Below are positions 34,919-47,984 of a stretch of 64,000 nt of DNA, in pieces (within the stretch, counting starts at the first letter, position 1; each line of letters opens with the position of its first letter). Source of the DNA: Octopus bimaculoides (Eukaryota); assembly GCF_001194135.2 (NCBI RefSeq), contig NC_068983.1, forward strand, positions 52,802,425 through 52,866,424, written 5' to 3'. The translations under genes were made by a program, and so were the position numbers. Under the pieces are notes generated by a model. The model made no database searches and was not told the DNA's origin. It worked only from the letters and a program-made list of their open reading frames with translations.

Positions 34919-35114
34919 GCTACTACTATTACTACTAGTAGTAATAGTTGTAATAGTAGTAGTAGTCTCTACCACCACCACCACTGTCACCACTACAGCT
35001 GCTGTTTCTGCTGCTATTGCTACCACCACTCCCACTACTACTATCACCACTACTACTACTGCCATTATCACTACTACAGCTGCTGTTTCTGCTACTGCTA
35101 CTACCACTACTACT

Positions 35115-35154
<40 letters not shown>

Positions 35155-35243
35155 CTCCTACTACTACTACTACTACTACTACTACTCCTACTACTACTCC
35201 TACTACTACTACTACTCCTACTACTACTACTACTACTACTACT
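34881..35243. repeat. (CTA/CCA/CTG)n trinucleotide field running into gap
   Basis: Seen directly. Confidence 0.95.
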
Positions 35244-35579
35244 NNNNNNNNNNNNNNNNNNNNNNNNNNNNNNNNNNNNNNNNNNNNNNNNNNNNNNNNN
35301 NNNNNNNNNNNNNNNNNNNNNNNNNNNNNNNNNNNNNNNNNNNNNNNNNNNNNNNNNNNNNNNNNNNNNNNNNNNNNNNNNNNNNNNNNNNNNNNNNNNN
35401 NNNNNNNNNNNNNNNNNNNNNNNNNNNNNNNNNNNNNNNNNNNNNNNNNNNNNNNNNNNNNNNNNNNNNNNNNNNNNNNNNNNNNNNNNNNNNNNNNNNN
35501 NNNNNNNNNNNNNNNNNNNNNNNNNNNNNNNNNNNNNNNNNNNNNNNNNNNNNNNNNNNNNNNNNNNNNNNNTAGAAAA

Positions 35580-35805
35580 AAAGTATTAATCCTTTATACT
35601 GGAGGTACAAGGCCTTAAATTTGTGAGGAGAGGGTCGAGTCGAATACATCAACCCCAGTGTTTCACTGGTACTTAATTTATCGACCCCGAAAGGATGAAA
35701 GGCAAAGTTGACCTCAGCAGAATTTGAACTCAGAATGTAACAACAGACAAAATACCACTAAGCATTTTGCCCGGTGTGCTAATGATTCTGCCAGCTTGCC
35801 ACCTT
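35580..35805 (-). mobile_element. SINE family B
   Basis: Close match to family consensus. Confidence 0.85.
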
Positions 35806-35819
35806 CTTGTATATATATA

Positions 35820-35986
35820 CGTCACTAAAGTGAATAAGGTCACTAATCAACTTATTGCTAGAAATAAGAGTCAAAAACAACTCAATAGCTACAAAAAGCA
35901 CTATCTTAATGTGGTTATTGAGCTGTTTTGACTCTTATTTCTAGCAATACTGGTTCTGATTAGTGCCCTTGTTCACATAAGTAACG
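35820..35986. mobile_element. 167-bp palindromic MITE in (TA)n
   Basis: TA|CGTCACTAAAGTGAATAAGGTCACTAATC..TATTGCTAGAAATAAGAGTCAAAA / TTTTGACTCTTATTTCTAGCAATA..GATTAGTGCCCTTGTTCACATAAGTAACG|TA. Confidence 0.8.
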
Positions 35987-37199
35987 TATATATATATATA
36001 TATACCATAGTAAGTACAGAAATGCGAAACAATGTGGAAAAAATAGTACTCAATTACCAGAGGTAGAGTAATAGAAGGTGTGGTTAACCTGTCAAGGCCC
36101 TTATTGAGGATTGAAGAGGGGGACTTGAGTGAAATAGATCTGGACTGGAAAAAGGTTCATGACAAGTCGTATGAATGTGCTTTGTGAAGGTCTCTCATCA
36201 CCTAACATTGCATGGAGGTGAGAGAAACGAGAATAAGTATAGTCAAACATAACTGAAATGTTTTTGCCTTTGCATAAATTATGATAATGCCGACAAACAA
36301 CAATAGAATCAATAACTTGTGTCAGTGTAAATCAGCAAAGGAACTTCAATGAGGGCTTCCTAACTGCAGGAAATAGCAGTTAAATCTTCCTCTGGTTGGA
36401 GTCTACCATCTTTTTTTTAAAAAAAAAAAGACACATTAATTTATGTAGTCTTAGATACTCCTAGGCTTGAAAATGAAGGTGGTATGTTCAGAGCTTAAAC
36501 ATCTTTGATTATAAGTGTGCTCTGACAGCTCTGACCTGGGGGCCAATCAACAACAACACAAACAGCATCTGTATATTGCTGTACTTGGTGGGAAAAAAAG
36601 AGTGAGAGAGAAAGTTGTTTGATGCCTGAAGCTTACTCACTCAACAAAGCAGAAATTGTAAATTGGCGAAAGGATAGAGAAGTATAGCTAACAATCAGAT
36701 GTCTGAAATATCTTGCTTAACAGACATATTTAAGATTTTTATACCATGAAATCTTTCACATGAAAACTATTCTGTAAATTAAACATAAAGTTACTTCTCA
36801 TATCTCTGATTTGATTGAAAGTAAAATTACTTTAAAGAAAATACTTTCTAGTGGAAAAGAAGACCTTACAATCAATGTGTATAATATTGATTTCTAACAT
36901 ATGTACAAGGCTAGAAATATTAAAGAGAAGAAACAGTTCATTATATTGATCTCATTATTAGAATGGTACTTATTTTATTGACTCTTCCTGAAGGATGAAA
37001 AACAAAGTTGGTCTCGGTGGAATTTTAATTCAGAATGTAAAGGGGTACAACGAAATATCATAAGCCATTTTTTTCCATTTTTCTTTAATTTTTTTCTTTT
37101 TTGCCTTTTTTTCTTTATTTTTTCTTTTTTGCCTTTTTTCTTTATTTTTGCTTTTCATATATAGCGTCTTTTATTACTTAATCAAAGGAGTAAGGGAAA

Positions 37200-37440
37200 C
37201 ACCAATGAGATTTTGGATGGCCTCAGAAAATGGTTGAGGAAGAAAGAAAGGAAGAGTATGCGACTCGCTGGTTCTTACTGTAGAAGGAAGCAATGCATCG
37301 ATGATATTGACATACCCGCAAGCTGGAGGCCTGGTTTCAATACCCCTGGTCTGTGGAGGTGTCGATATTTTTTACCACATAATGGTGTCAGACCAGGCAA
37401 TGCGGAAGGGAGGAGCAAGATGGCCATACCATTTACCACC
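37200..37440 (+). pseudogene. Probable decayed RTE LINE apurinic endonuclease segment
   Basis: GRVCDSLVLTVEGSNASMILTYPQAG..VDIFYHIM resembles RTE 'RVCDRIL.L....IIS.YAPQ.G...KD.FYD.L'. Confidence 0.4.
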
Positions 37441-39037
37441 CAAAATTCTGTAACCATTCTGCCATCCATCGCTCTAATCACTGAGTATATCAAGAACAAC
37501 AACAAGAACAACAACTACTATTACAACAACAACAGCAATAATTGATAATGTTATTCCTTTCAAGTAAGTACAAAGTGAATTTATGTAGGATAGAGGATAT
37601 TATTTATTGAATCAATATTATTGGTAAGAGAAGCAGCTGGTTAAATTGATATGATACAGCCTAACAGCTGAAAAGTCAACAGGTCCTATTCCATCATTGT
37701 GGCTGTGTAATGTCTCTGGAAAAAGACAATTTATTCTTAATGGCTTAGACAATCTAATCAAGAATATTTATCATGAGATATATTAGATGGGGACACTGAC
37801 TAATCGAAGAATTCTATAATAGTTTATAGAGGAGATGGATGCAGACATTGGTATTCGGTTAAAATGTAGGCCTCATCACGATGCTGTTGTGAGTTCAAAA
37901 CTGCTGCATAGTCCCTAAGGCAAGTTGTCTTCTATCCTAGTCTCAGAATGATGTAAGTCTTATGAGAGAAACTAAATATATGGGAAATGGTTGAGTAATC
38001 ATCAGGTATTTGGATGTTTTTAGTAAAATCCATTTTATCAAAAGGATTTGGACTTTGTCTTCAGTATGAGTACAGGTGAGAAGTCCACTATATCAGGATA
38101 TGGATAACTCAGTAAATTGGTACATCGCTTCTCATTCCAGGCCCCTGGATGTCACAAGCTCTTTCAATTTTTCCCAGTGTCACTAATTTTGGAGGTGAAT
38201 CAGCAGTTTTAAGTGTATTTAACAGAATGTTTCACAGTATTTGTTTTGAAACTCTGTTCTCTGAGTTCAAATCCTGCTGAGGCCAGCTTTGCCTTTCATC
38301 CTTTGAGGGATAATAGAAAAAAAGTACCAACCAAAGGCAGTAGATGAACAGAATTTGTAAGAACATCTAGTCCGATGACAAATGATATTTGTTCTAGCTC
38401 TACGTGTTTTGAATTCAAATCTCACCATGGTTGGTAGACTTGATATGTTGCTCCATTTAAGACCCTGTCCACCTGGTTCATGAGTGTCTTTAACAAAGTC
38501 CACTCAGCTGCAAATATTCAAACCAGGTCTCTGATTTAAGGATACCATTCCCCCCACCTTCCCACCAATCTCTAAGGGTTCTGTAAGGAGTCACTGCTGT
38601 TGCCTTTTCTCCTATGTAAGTTATAAAAAATAAGGGGAGAAATGCTCCCAAACTCCCACAGATTGATCAAAGGCCCAGCACAAACAAGGTTCATGAATGT
38701 AGAAATAATGGTCCAACAGTCTAATATATAGAATGATATTTACCATCCCTCTTTGTAGGGCTTATTTTACCATTTTCAGAGAAATAAAAGTTGAGGTTGC
38801 ATCTAATAACATTAGATTCTATCTTTTATTTGTTTCAGTCACTGGATTGCATCTATGCTGGAGCACGGAACACAACCTTGTTTTAGTCGGCCAGCTCAAT
38901 CAAAGTATTCCATTGTTTTTGTTTTTTATCCCCTTACCCTGATAAGTTATGAGGATGTAAACAAACTAACACCATTTCTAAAGCAGTGCTGGAGAAGACG
39001 AACACAATCACACACACACACACAAACACACACACAA

Positions 39038-39080
<43 letters not shown>

Positions 39081-39159
39081 CAAACACACACACACAAACA
39101 CACACACACATGTCAAGTTAAGGCCATTGAGCTGGCAGAATCATTATCATGCCAGACAA

Positions 39160-39665
39160 AGCCCATTATACCCATCATTACTACCCGTCTGATAAGAGTA
39201 CACTAGACACATGCATCACAACCATATGTGTACGACAAGGTGATCTTATATCAATATAAACAGCACATGAACTTGCAGGTTTGGCCCAATTAGAATTTTC
39301 TTCAAGTCGAATAGCCCATCCCACTCAAAAGGTTCCTGAATGAGGATTGTTTAAGGATGTTGAATAAAACACCTATGTTTCTAGTGGTGAATTATCCAAA
39401 TGCCAAAGAATTCCTCTCAACACATGGCTATGATGCTCCTCCACCACTTTTGCTCATGATCAGAGATGCACATATCATCAGCCACTAAGCGACATGCTCA
39501 ACTGGTTAAGGTCAAACAACTGACAAACAAATCTGTGGTATTAAGCAGAATATTTGCTGTAGCCCATCTTTTTATACCAAGACAAAACAATGTACATGAT
39601 AACACTTCCAATCACTTAAGATCAGAAGCCATGAGAGTCGCTGTCTGGTACTGCATCAGGGCATT
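39160..39665 (-). mobile_element. Family D element with 5' end in (AAT)n
   Basis: Matches ~810-1297 and extends ~35 bp further to AAATGCCCTGATGCAGTACC. Confidence 0.85.
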
Positions 39666-39679
39666 TATAATTATAATTA

Positions 39680-39719
<40 letters not shown>

Positions 39720-39959
39720 GTTGTTGTTTTTTTCTTCTTTCTTCAAATTTTCTTCCATCTCTCGCCGAGTGTTTTCCGNNNNNNNNNNGTTGTTTTTTTC
39801 TTCTTTCTTCAAATTTTCTTCCATCTCTCGCCGAGTGTTTTCCGTACACCTAGGGCAGAGAAGCTCATTGTATGCATTCCCAGTTTGCACACGCAAATTA
39901 ACAGGTAAAATATGTATTTAAAAAACATTAATAAATAAATAAATTCATGAATGGATGTT

Positions 39960-40133
39960 GTTTTCACAGCGATAATGTTCTTCTCAGTACATGAGTCGTT
40001 CCAGATAACACAATCTTTTGCACTTCCTCTATGGATGGTAAGCCTGGTATCATTTTCAAATAGGTTTCAGTACCTTTTCTTATCATTCCTAGAGATCCTA
40101 CAATCACTGGTACGGTAGTTGCTTTGAGATGCC
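39960..40133 (-). mobile_element. R4/Dong-type RLE C-terminus (third family)
   Basis: WHLKATTVPVIVGSLGMIRKGTETYLKMIPGLPSIEEVQKIVLSGTTHVLRRTLSL*. Confidence 0.8.
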
Positions 40134-40148
40134 ACTATTATTATTATT

Positions 40149-40344
40149 GTTCAGTAGTTTTATTTTTATAACGTGCTTTCACTTCACTACTGAGCGCAGC
40201 TCTGTGCGCCTTGGGTATGTGCTGTGGTTTGCTGTGGTGCTCTTATGTTTACTGTATTGAAAGTGTTTTGCGTAGAATATGTGCAGTACCCAGTAGTGCA
40301 ATTTTCTGTATGTTATATATATTTGTAAGTCCTGGTGTTTTTGT
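40149..40344 (-). mobile_element. R4/Dong-type 3' end, near-identical to 20384-20600
   Basis: Direct sequence match; runs into gap. Confidence 0.9.
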
Positions 40345-40623
40345 TATGTATTTGTCTGAATATTNNNNNNNNNNNNNNNNNNNNNNNNNNNNNNNNNNNN
40401 NNNNNNNNNNNNNNNNNNNNNNNNNNNNNNNNNNNNNNNNNNNNNNNNNNNNNNNNNNNNNNNNNNNNNNNNNNNNNNNNNNNNNNNNNNNNNNNNNNNN
40501 NNNNNNNNNNNNNNNNNNNNNNNNNNNNNNNNNNNNNNNNNNNNNNNNNNNNNNNNNNNNNNNNNNNNNNNNNNNNNNNNNNNNNNNNNNNNNNNNNNNN
40601 NNNNNNNNNNNNNNNNNNNNNNN

Positions 40624-40870
40624 CTTAAACCTTATACGGGCGGGGGGGGGGGACCTTTTGAGCAGGATGGGCTACTCAACCTTACAAAAATTCTAACTGG
40701 GCCCCCACCTGCAAGGCCATGCATTGTTTATTTTGATATGAGGTCACTGTGTTTTGCACATATGTTTGTGATGCATATGTAGTGTACTATTATTAGACTA
40801 CTAGTCATGATGGGTATGCTGGGCTTTGTATATTTGTATCCAACATCACTTCTATGGCTTGTGCTGCTCT
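40624..40870 (+). mobile_element. Family D 3' part, diverged, with AAT tail
   Basis: Reverse complement of 768-1010. Confidence 0.7.
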
Positions 40871-41429
40871 CTCACCCAATAATAATGACTGCTACTGATT
40901 TAAGCAAGGGGCCAGAAAATGTGAGGGGGAACTGTTTGTCAATACTATTAACCCTAGTACTAGGTGAGTTCTTTATTTTATTGAGCCTGACGGGATGTAA
41001 AGCTGACTCTGACAGGATTTGAAATCAGAAAATAAAGACTTGTCCCCTAAACACTGCAAGGAATTTCATTCAATGCTTTTACAGTTTCAAATGAGTCAGC
41101 TTCAGTATGGGACTGCACTTCCTAAAACCCCTTTGTAGTGGGCATTGGCAATAGATAGACCTTCTGGCCAGTAGAACCTGTTCCTTCTATAAGAAGCATA
41201 AACAAGAATTAATCAGAGCACTTCAATATAGTCAGACGTTTGCTTGGACAAGGCACAATGGTCAGGTGGTGACAGCACATTGTTGAAGTAATGCAGAAGT
41301 TTACTTCCAGCCACCCTCTCAGGGACAGCTTCTTCTTAGTTTCATTTCTATGGAACCTTAATGTGGCCCCTGACCTTGCTAACTCCTGTCAACCCATCCA
41401 ACCCATGCCGGCATGGTAAACAGATGTTA

Positions 41430-41615
41430 AATGATGATGATGACAACGACAATGACGACAGTGGTGGTGGTGGTGTCGACGATAATGATGACAATGATGA
41501 CGATGATGATGATGACAATTGATGATGATGACAATGACTATGATGACGATGACGACAATGATGATGATGAAGATGATGATGATGATGATGATGATGATAA
41601 TGATGATGATGATGA
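41430..41615. repeat. (GAT/GAC)n grown from an RTE-type tail (CCATGCCGGCATGG..GTTAAATGAT)
   Basis: Seen directly. Confidence 0.9.
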
Positions 41616-43264
41616 TTTATCTATTTATTTATTGTCTTTCATGATTTTCTTTCAAACTAAACACAATTCCCTTTCCATCACCTTGTAATGTTGTCTTTAC
41701 GCATCGTCCCTTTGGCAAATACAAGAAATCATTACTATTTTTATTATCATTGCCGTTGTTGTTGCTGGCATTGTTCATGTAGATAATACACACTGAAAAG
41801 AATAACGAGCAATTTGATAAATAATATTCCTGCTTTTAGGCGACTTAATTTCTCATGCAAAACAAAAATAAAAATATCTAAAAATATATTCCTTTAATAT
41901 TCTGCAATAATAATGTTGTATCTGGTCATTGTTATTGACATATTTCTAGTTTGAAATTCTGTATACATAAAGCAACTAAACATCTCATGTAGATTTCCTC
42001 TTCTTGAATATATAGAATATCATTGCAGAAAAGCCAAGTTTTTATTGTTTCTTTTGAAGGCATTCAATTAAATGTATTGAACATGAACTAGTTAGCAACA
42101 ACTGACTCAGAACAGTAAACTCTATGTATGTATTATGCATTTATCTTTGTTTCTCTTTCACTTTTCATTCTTCCCTTCTCTGTCACAACATTGTAACTGT
42201 TGCTATTCCTCTTACACTTCTTACTGTTTTTACTAAATTTCTTCTTGGTTGTTTCAACCATTCCATGCTATGTAATTGCTATCACCATCAAAATAAATAC
42301 TAAGAAGACATCGTGGCCAACAAAGCAAGTGAAAATAAATACAGATATAAATATAATAAGTATGTTCCGGTGAAAAACTGCAAATGTTAAATATCAAAAC
42401 GTTGGCTACAAACGATTCAGAACTATATCACAATATTTACCGTACATCACACTTTTCTCCTCTTTCAAAACATTTCGCAATTGTGTATGTTCGCAGTAAT
42501 ATTTCTCAACTACAAATTTAATGAATGCAAGCATTTTATATTACATTTGCAGTTTTCACTTGGATGATTTATGTGATAATTTTGAATATCAACATTACTA
42601 TGAGTCAGTACATTAAACAGTGTCGACAAAACCAATAGCTATAACAAGTATTGAATAATATACGATGCTTTAATTTCAGCATATTAATCTAAATAACATT
42701 CAGTGTTCAAATATGGTTAAGGGTTCATTTTTTTGCTTTCGTTTTTATTCTTATATCTTAATATTATTAATCGGGGTTAATCAAATAAATACTTCCTAGC
42801 ATAAGCAAGAGTCAAGGTATTTTATTGTTCTTCATCTCATTTAGAAAAAAAAACAAAAAAAACACAAGAACTAAAAGAAAAAATAGAAAAAACATTTAAC
42901 TACTGTGAGGTTTTGAATTTGAATTCTGTCAAGAACTACTTAAATGTTCATCGTTATTGAATTGATAAAAGAAATATATTGGTTGTGTTTTCTGATTGAA
43001 GCTGCAACATCAATTTATTTATGTTTCCTGATTAATTCCGCATCAGCTCAAGAAAAGTCTGTCTCAAGTGGAATTTCGACAAAATACCATCAGATACTGA
43101 AATAAATCAACTAAAGACATTCAAGCTGACCCTTTATCTTCTTTATGAATGTCATTCTTGTTAATGTTGTAGCTGAACAAATTGAGAAAATATATAAATG
43201 TGTATGTGTATATAAACACACACATATATATATATATATTTATATATATGTCAGCATCATAATA

Positions 43265-43520
43265 ATTCTCATCATCATCGTCACTTTAACATCAGCTCGG
43301 GTCAGACGTAGTTTATTGAGGAAAATTTTTTTTTTGCAGCCAGATGTTCATCTTGTTGCCAAACCTCACCTACCTCCTTCCAGCCAAAATAATATTTTCA
43401 CTTGGTCAGACATGTTTTGGTAGAATAACGGAAACAAATGACACTGCTTATCTGACAGTGGCACTCATTTACAACTATAACACAATGTCAAGACAAGGAA
43501 ACACAAGGAAACACAAGGAA
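43265..43520 (-). mobile_element. Family G repeat
   Basis: TGGTCAGACATG...ACAACTATAACACAATGTCAAGACAAGGAAACAC. Confidence 0.7.
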
Positions 43521-43604
43521 ACACACATATTCACATTCACACACAAATGTACATACATATATACATACATACATATGTATATATATTGTGGCATATTAAA
43601 AGTA

Positions 43605-43770
43605 CCTGGTGTGTTCTGTAAGATGATTGGTGTTAAGAAGGGCATCCAGCCTTAGAAACCGTGCCAAAATAGAAACTGAATCCTGGTGAAACTCTTCCAG
43701 CTTGCCTGCTCCAGGCAAACCATGCCAACCCATGCCAGCTCAGAATACATGCTTTAAATGATGGTAATCA
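43605..43770 (+). mobile_element. RTE-type 3' end
   Basis: GTTAAGAAGGGCATCCAGCC...CCATGCCAGC. Confidence 0.65.
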
Positions 43771-43771
43771 T

Positions 43772-43990
43772 AAGGCGACAAGCTGGCAGAAACGTTAGCC
43801 TGATGGGCAAAATGCTTAGCGATATTTCATTTGTCCTTACGTTCTGAGTTCAAATTCTGCCAAGGTCGATTTTGCCTTTCATCCTTTTGGGGGTCGATAA
43901 ATTAAGTACCAGTTGTGTACTGGAGTTGATCTAATCGACTGGCCCCGTCCCCAAATCTTTCGGGCCTTGTGCCTACTGTAGAAACGAAAA
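43772..43990 (+). mobile_element. SINE family B, young copy
   Basis: Near-consensus; matches 59425-59640. Confidence 0.9.
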
Positions 43991-44019
43991 GAAATGATGA
44001 TAATCATGATGATGATGAA

Positions 44020-44170
44020 GGGCTTCTTTCAGTTTCTGTCCACTAAATCAACTCACAAATTTTGGTCAGCCTAGGACTATACTGCCAAGGTGCCAAGCAG
44101 TAGGACTGAACTGAAAACCTTGTAGTTGCAAAGCAGACTTCCCAACTACACAACCATGCCTGCACCTACA
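44020..44170 (-). mobile_element. SINE family A, 5' half
   Basis: GGGCTTCTTTCAGTTTCTG... Confidence 0.7.
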
Positions 44171-44639
44171 CAAGAGGACTACTTTGGTGCTATGATACCA
44201 AACAATTCTTCAAATAAAGAACTTTGTCAGAACAGTGTGTGAAATAATGTAACCAACACAATCCAATTAAAGAAGTGCCAGTGCGGGTATATTAATTAAG
44301 GTACGTCTAATTTTTGAAAGGTCTTGAGTTCAAATCTACAGAAAGAATTTTGCACCGCATGCAAGTATTAGAGTTAATTCTGCATCCATCAAATTTGTTG
44401 GCTGCTGTAAAAGTGTTACCCATGATAAATTAAGTTTCTATGCAAGGATTAGGGATTTTCTCTCATACGTTCTCTGCTATAAACTAAGGAGCTAAGAATT
44501 GTACTTCAAAAAAACCCTTCATGTTTTATGACACATCATATTTTACTGGAATTTATTTTATTGTAAATGTGGAGTCAATAAAAATAGCATAAAAGTAACA
44601 TGTTACAGATATAAAATATGATGGAAAAGGAGATTCTGC

Positions 44640-44850
44640 TTTAGTTAAGTGATATACACCGTTCAAATAGAAGAAAACATGATGTATGTGGCATCAATCT
44701 ATTGCTGTATGACAGTGAAATCCGGATCATATATGTTTGGAAGAGCAATTGCACATGCAAAATGCATTACAAGATGGCAAATGACATCAATAACTTTATT
44801 TCGATGTTTAGTTGAAAAAGGCGTAACTGTGTCATTGCATTTCTTCTATA
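44640..44850 (+). pseudogene. Decayed piggyBac transposase segment
   Basis: RKHDVCGINLLLYDSE resembles KPxKYGIKxxxLCDSE; NDINNFIS and LVEKGV resemble DNxFTS and LxxKG. Confidence 0.4.
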
Positions 44851-44958
44851 AACCTGCAATTTTGTGGTTATGCAAGAAATTGCTGAGGTTTCTAAATCTA
44901 TGCTTTTAATTCTGCTTTCTTTCTTTTTTTTGTTTTAGCTGAACTGTGATGAACTCAG

Positions 44959-44990
<32 letters not shown>

Positions 44991-45171
44991 NNNNNNNNNN
45001 NNNNNNNNNNNNNNNNNNNNNNNNNNNNNNNNNNNNNNNNNNNNNNNNNNNNNNNNNNNNNNNNNNNNNNNNNNNNNNNNNNNNNNNNNNNNNNNNNNNN
45101 NNNNNNNNNNNNNNNNNNNNNNNNNNNNNNNNNNNNNNNNNNNNNNNNNNNNNNNNNNNNNNNNNNNNNAA

Positions 45172-45275
45172 CCATTAAGTTACGGGGATGTAAATACACC
45201 AGCATCGGTTGTCACGCGATGTTTGAGGTACAAACACAGACACACAAACATACACACACAAACATACACACACAC

Positions 45276-45327
<52 letters not shown>

Positions 45328-45490
45328 CAGGCTTCTTTCAGTTTCCATCTACCAAATCCACTCACAAGGCTTTGCTCGGCCCTAGGTTATAGTAGAAGAC
45401 ACTTGCCCAAAGTGCCACACAGTGGAACTGAACATGGGGGCCATGTGGTTGGTAAGCAAGCTACTTACCACACACCCACACTTGCACCTA
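45172..45490 (-). mobile_element. SINE family A
   Basis: Family consensus match. Confidence 0.85.
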
Positions 45491-45870
45491 TGATAAAAAG
45501 TTTTATTCATTTGTAAGAATCAAATGCTGTGGTCAATACTGGAACTCTTTCAGTTATGATACCTAGGGTTCCATTTGATCCAATCAACCGGGTAACCTGC
45601 TCATGAAACTAATGTGCATGTGGCTGAGTACTCCTACTCCAGATACATATACCCTTAACATAGTTCTCAGGAAGATTCAGTGTGATGCAGAATGTGATAA
45701 GAGCGGCCCTTTCAAATACAGGTATAACTCATTATTGCTTGCTGAGTGACTTGGTGCAATTGGAAATAAAGTGTTTTGCTTAAGGACATGGCACATTGCC
45801 AGTAATCAAACTCATGGCTTTGCAGTCATGATCCAAATACCTAAACCAATAGCCCACATGCCTTCACTGT
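45490..45870 (-). mobile_element. SINE with family E tail and family F head/centre
   Basis: Tail matches 6280-6440; GGAAATAAAGTGTTTTGCTTAAGGACA matches ~50355-50385. Confidence 0.65.
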
Positions 45871-46489
45871 GATCAATACAGATTTTATGCTCAATACAGC
45901 AAGAGACCAATACAGATACTGAGATCAATACAGACGTTGGTTGGCTCAGGCTGTAGTCAATGATATTTTCCTAAAGTTCTATACAGTGAGATTTAATCCA
46001 AAAACGATGTGGTTAGGAAGTCCTTCTCTTTCATGCTGAGCAACTTCCTAGCTAGTCCACAGCGAAGTATCTGTCTACAGTTCGTCTGCCACGAATTCTA
46101 CCCAACAGGCTAAAACAGTGATAGATCTTTCTGTCTATGCAACTGTGACCATTAAACAAGAAAAATATCTAAAGTGCTATAATTCTATTATGGAAATAGT
46201 ACGAGATGTAGCTCAGTAAATTTGTTTAATAATTCAATTGGTAAAGGAATTTGATTTGGAGAAATATATGGTTCAAGTATTGATTTTAAATGAAATATTT
46301 CATCTTTTATATGAATTGATATATTGATATATTTCACACAATTGATTAACATTGGGCTCAATCTGATCATATTCTATTTCAGAATGTTTCCAAACCAATC
46401 CAAATGAATTATTGAAATAAGAAGCAGAAGTAGAGAAATGTCTTGGAATATTTGAAAGGATGAAAGGAGCAAGTTTGCAAAATCATTAA

Positions 46490-46690
46490 TGTACCAAGCA
46501 AAACGCTTAGTGGCATTTAATCTGTCTTCATCCGTTCTGAGTTCAAATTCCAAGGAGATCGACTTTACCTTTCATCTTTTTGGCATCAATAAAACAAGTA
46601 CCAGTTTGATAAATAGTGGGGCCAATGTAATCGACTTACCCCATCCACTGAAATTTCTGGCTATGTGCCAAAATATGATATCAGTGTTTG
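46490..46690 (+). mobile_element. SINE family B
   Basis: GTTCTGAGTTCAAATTCC..GACTTTACCTTTCATC. Confidence 0.75.
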
Positions 46691-46704
46691 AAATGACTGA
46701 ATCA

Positions 46705-47120
46705 AACATCAGTTGTGGTGTACAAGAGAGACAATTGTGCTGGTATGGTCATGTGGCAAGAATGGATGAGGATAGCTATGTGAAAAAGTGCCACACCCTA
46801 GTGGTTGAGGGAACTTGTGGAAGAGGTAGACCCAGGAAGACCTGGGATGAGGTGGTGAAGCACGACCATTGTACATTAGGCCTCACCGAGGCAATAACTT
46901 GTGACCGAGACCTTTGGAAATATGCAGTGCATGAGAAGACCCAGCAAGCCAAGTGAGATCTTAATCCAAGGCCTCTGCCAGGGGTGCAGTCAGCCCACTT
47001 ATGCATACCTTTCCTTCATTGGACACTAAACTCTGTTTGCAAAGACCTGTTGAGGCAAATGAAATCGATCCAAGTTCGATGACTGGCACCCATGCCAACC
47101 TCTCCTTCATTGGACACTAA
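46705..47120 (+). mobile_element. RTE LINE ORF C-terminus and start of 3'UTR
   Basis: ERQLCWYGHVARMDEDSYVKKCHTLVVEGTCGRGRPRKTWDEVVKHD..DRDLWKYAV: classic RTE C-terminal motif; stop at 46954-46956. Confidence 0.92.
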
Positions 47121-47479
47121 AGGAGGAGGAGGAGGAGGAGGAGGATTTAACCTATGACAAGTGCAAGATGAAAATACAGCCACTGAATAATAAAATGTTC
47201 AGACAATCATTATAGTGACCACATATATTATTCCCGTTATCCTAGCCTTGGTCACACAACAGACAGAGAATGGAGTATCATGGGATTTTTAGGCTATCAA
47301 ATATTAATTTAGTCACATCATTGCCTTTCGTTTGATTACAATAAAAATAATTAACATGTTACTCCTTTACTTCAAATTGGCAAGTAATTTCTATTTTGAA
47401 TGAACCTATTGTAATACTACTCCTGTTTGTTCTGAGTGATAAACAAGGTGTTGTGTCTGCAACCATGCTGTAGTCGTTC

Positions 47480-47760
47480 ATCATTTAACGTCTGCCTTCC
47501 ATGCTAGCATGGGTTGGACGATTTGACTGAGGACTGGCGAACCAGATGGCTGCACCAGGCTCCAATCTGATTTGGCAGATTTTCTACTGCTGGATGCCCT
47601 TCCTAACGCCAACCACTCCGAGAGTGTAGTGGGTGCTTTTACATGCCACCGGCATGAGGCCAGTCAGGCGGTACTGGCAACGGCCACACTCAAAATGGTG
47701 TATTTTACATGCCACCTGCACAGGAACCAGTCCAGCGGCACTGGCAATGACCTTGCTCTG
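47480..47760 (-). mobile_element. RTE LINE 3' end
   Basis: Reverse complement of ~48720-48965. Confidence 0.85.
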
Positions 47761-47984
47761 AAAATTCCCATTCAGTTAGAATAGCCACTCTAACTTGATC
47801 AACACAACTCATTTTAATTATCAGATGATAAGTAATGAGCTTGCATGCATTCCTTTTTAATTTGAGAAGCTTTTCTTTATTCATAAAGGCCTCTTTCTCT
47901 AACAATGAGGCTTTTGTCTCTAAAAGTTAATCCTTTCTCTATCTCCCTTCAGGGAAAAGTATGACATCCAGTTTGTTAACAACA

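Noticed and set aside
37213-37545. 110-aa plus-strand ORF as a host gene
   Set aside because: An alternative frame resembles RTE endonuclease; the ORF ends in an (AAC)n tract
39720-39846. Direct repeat of ~58 bp
   Set aside because: Copies flank a 10-N gap; overlap artefact of scaffolding
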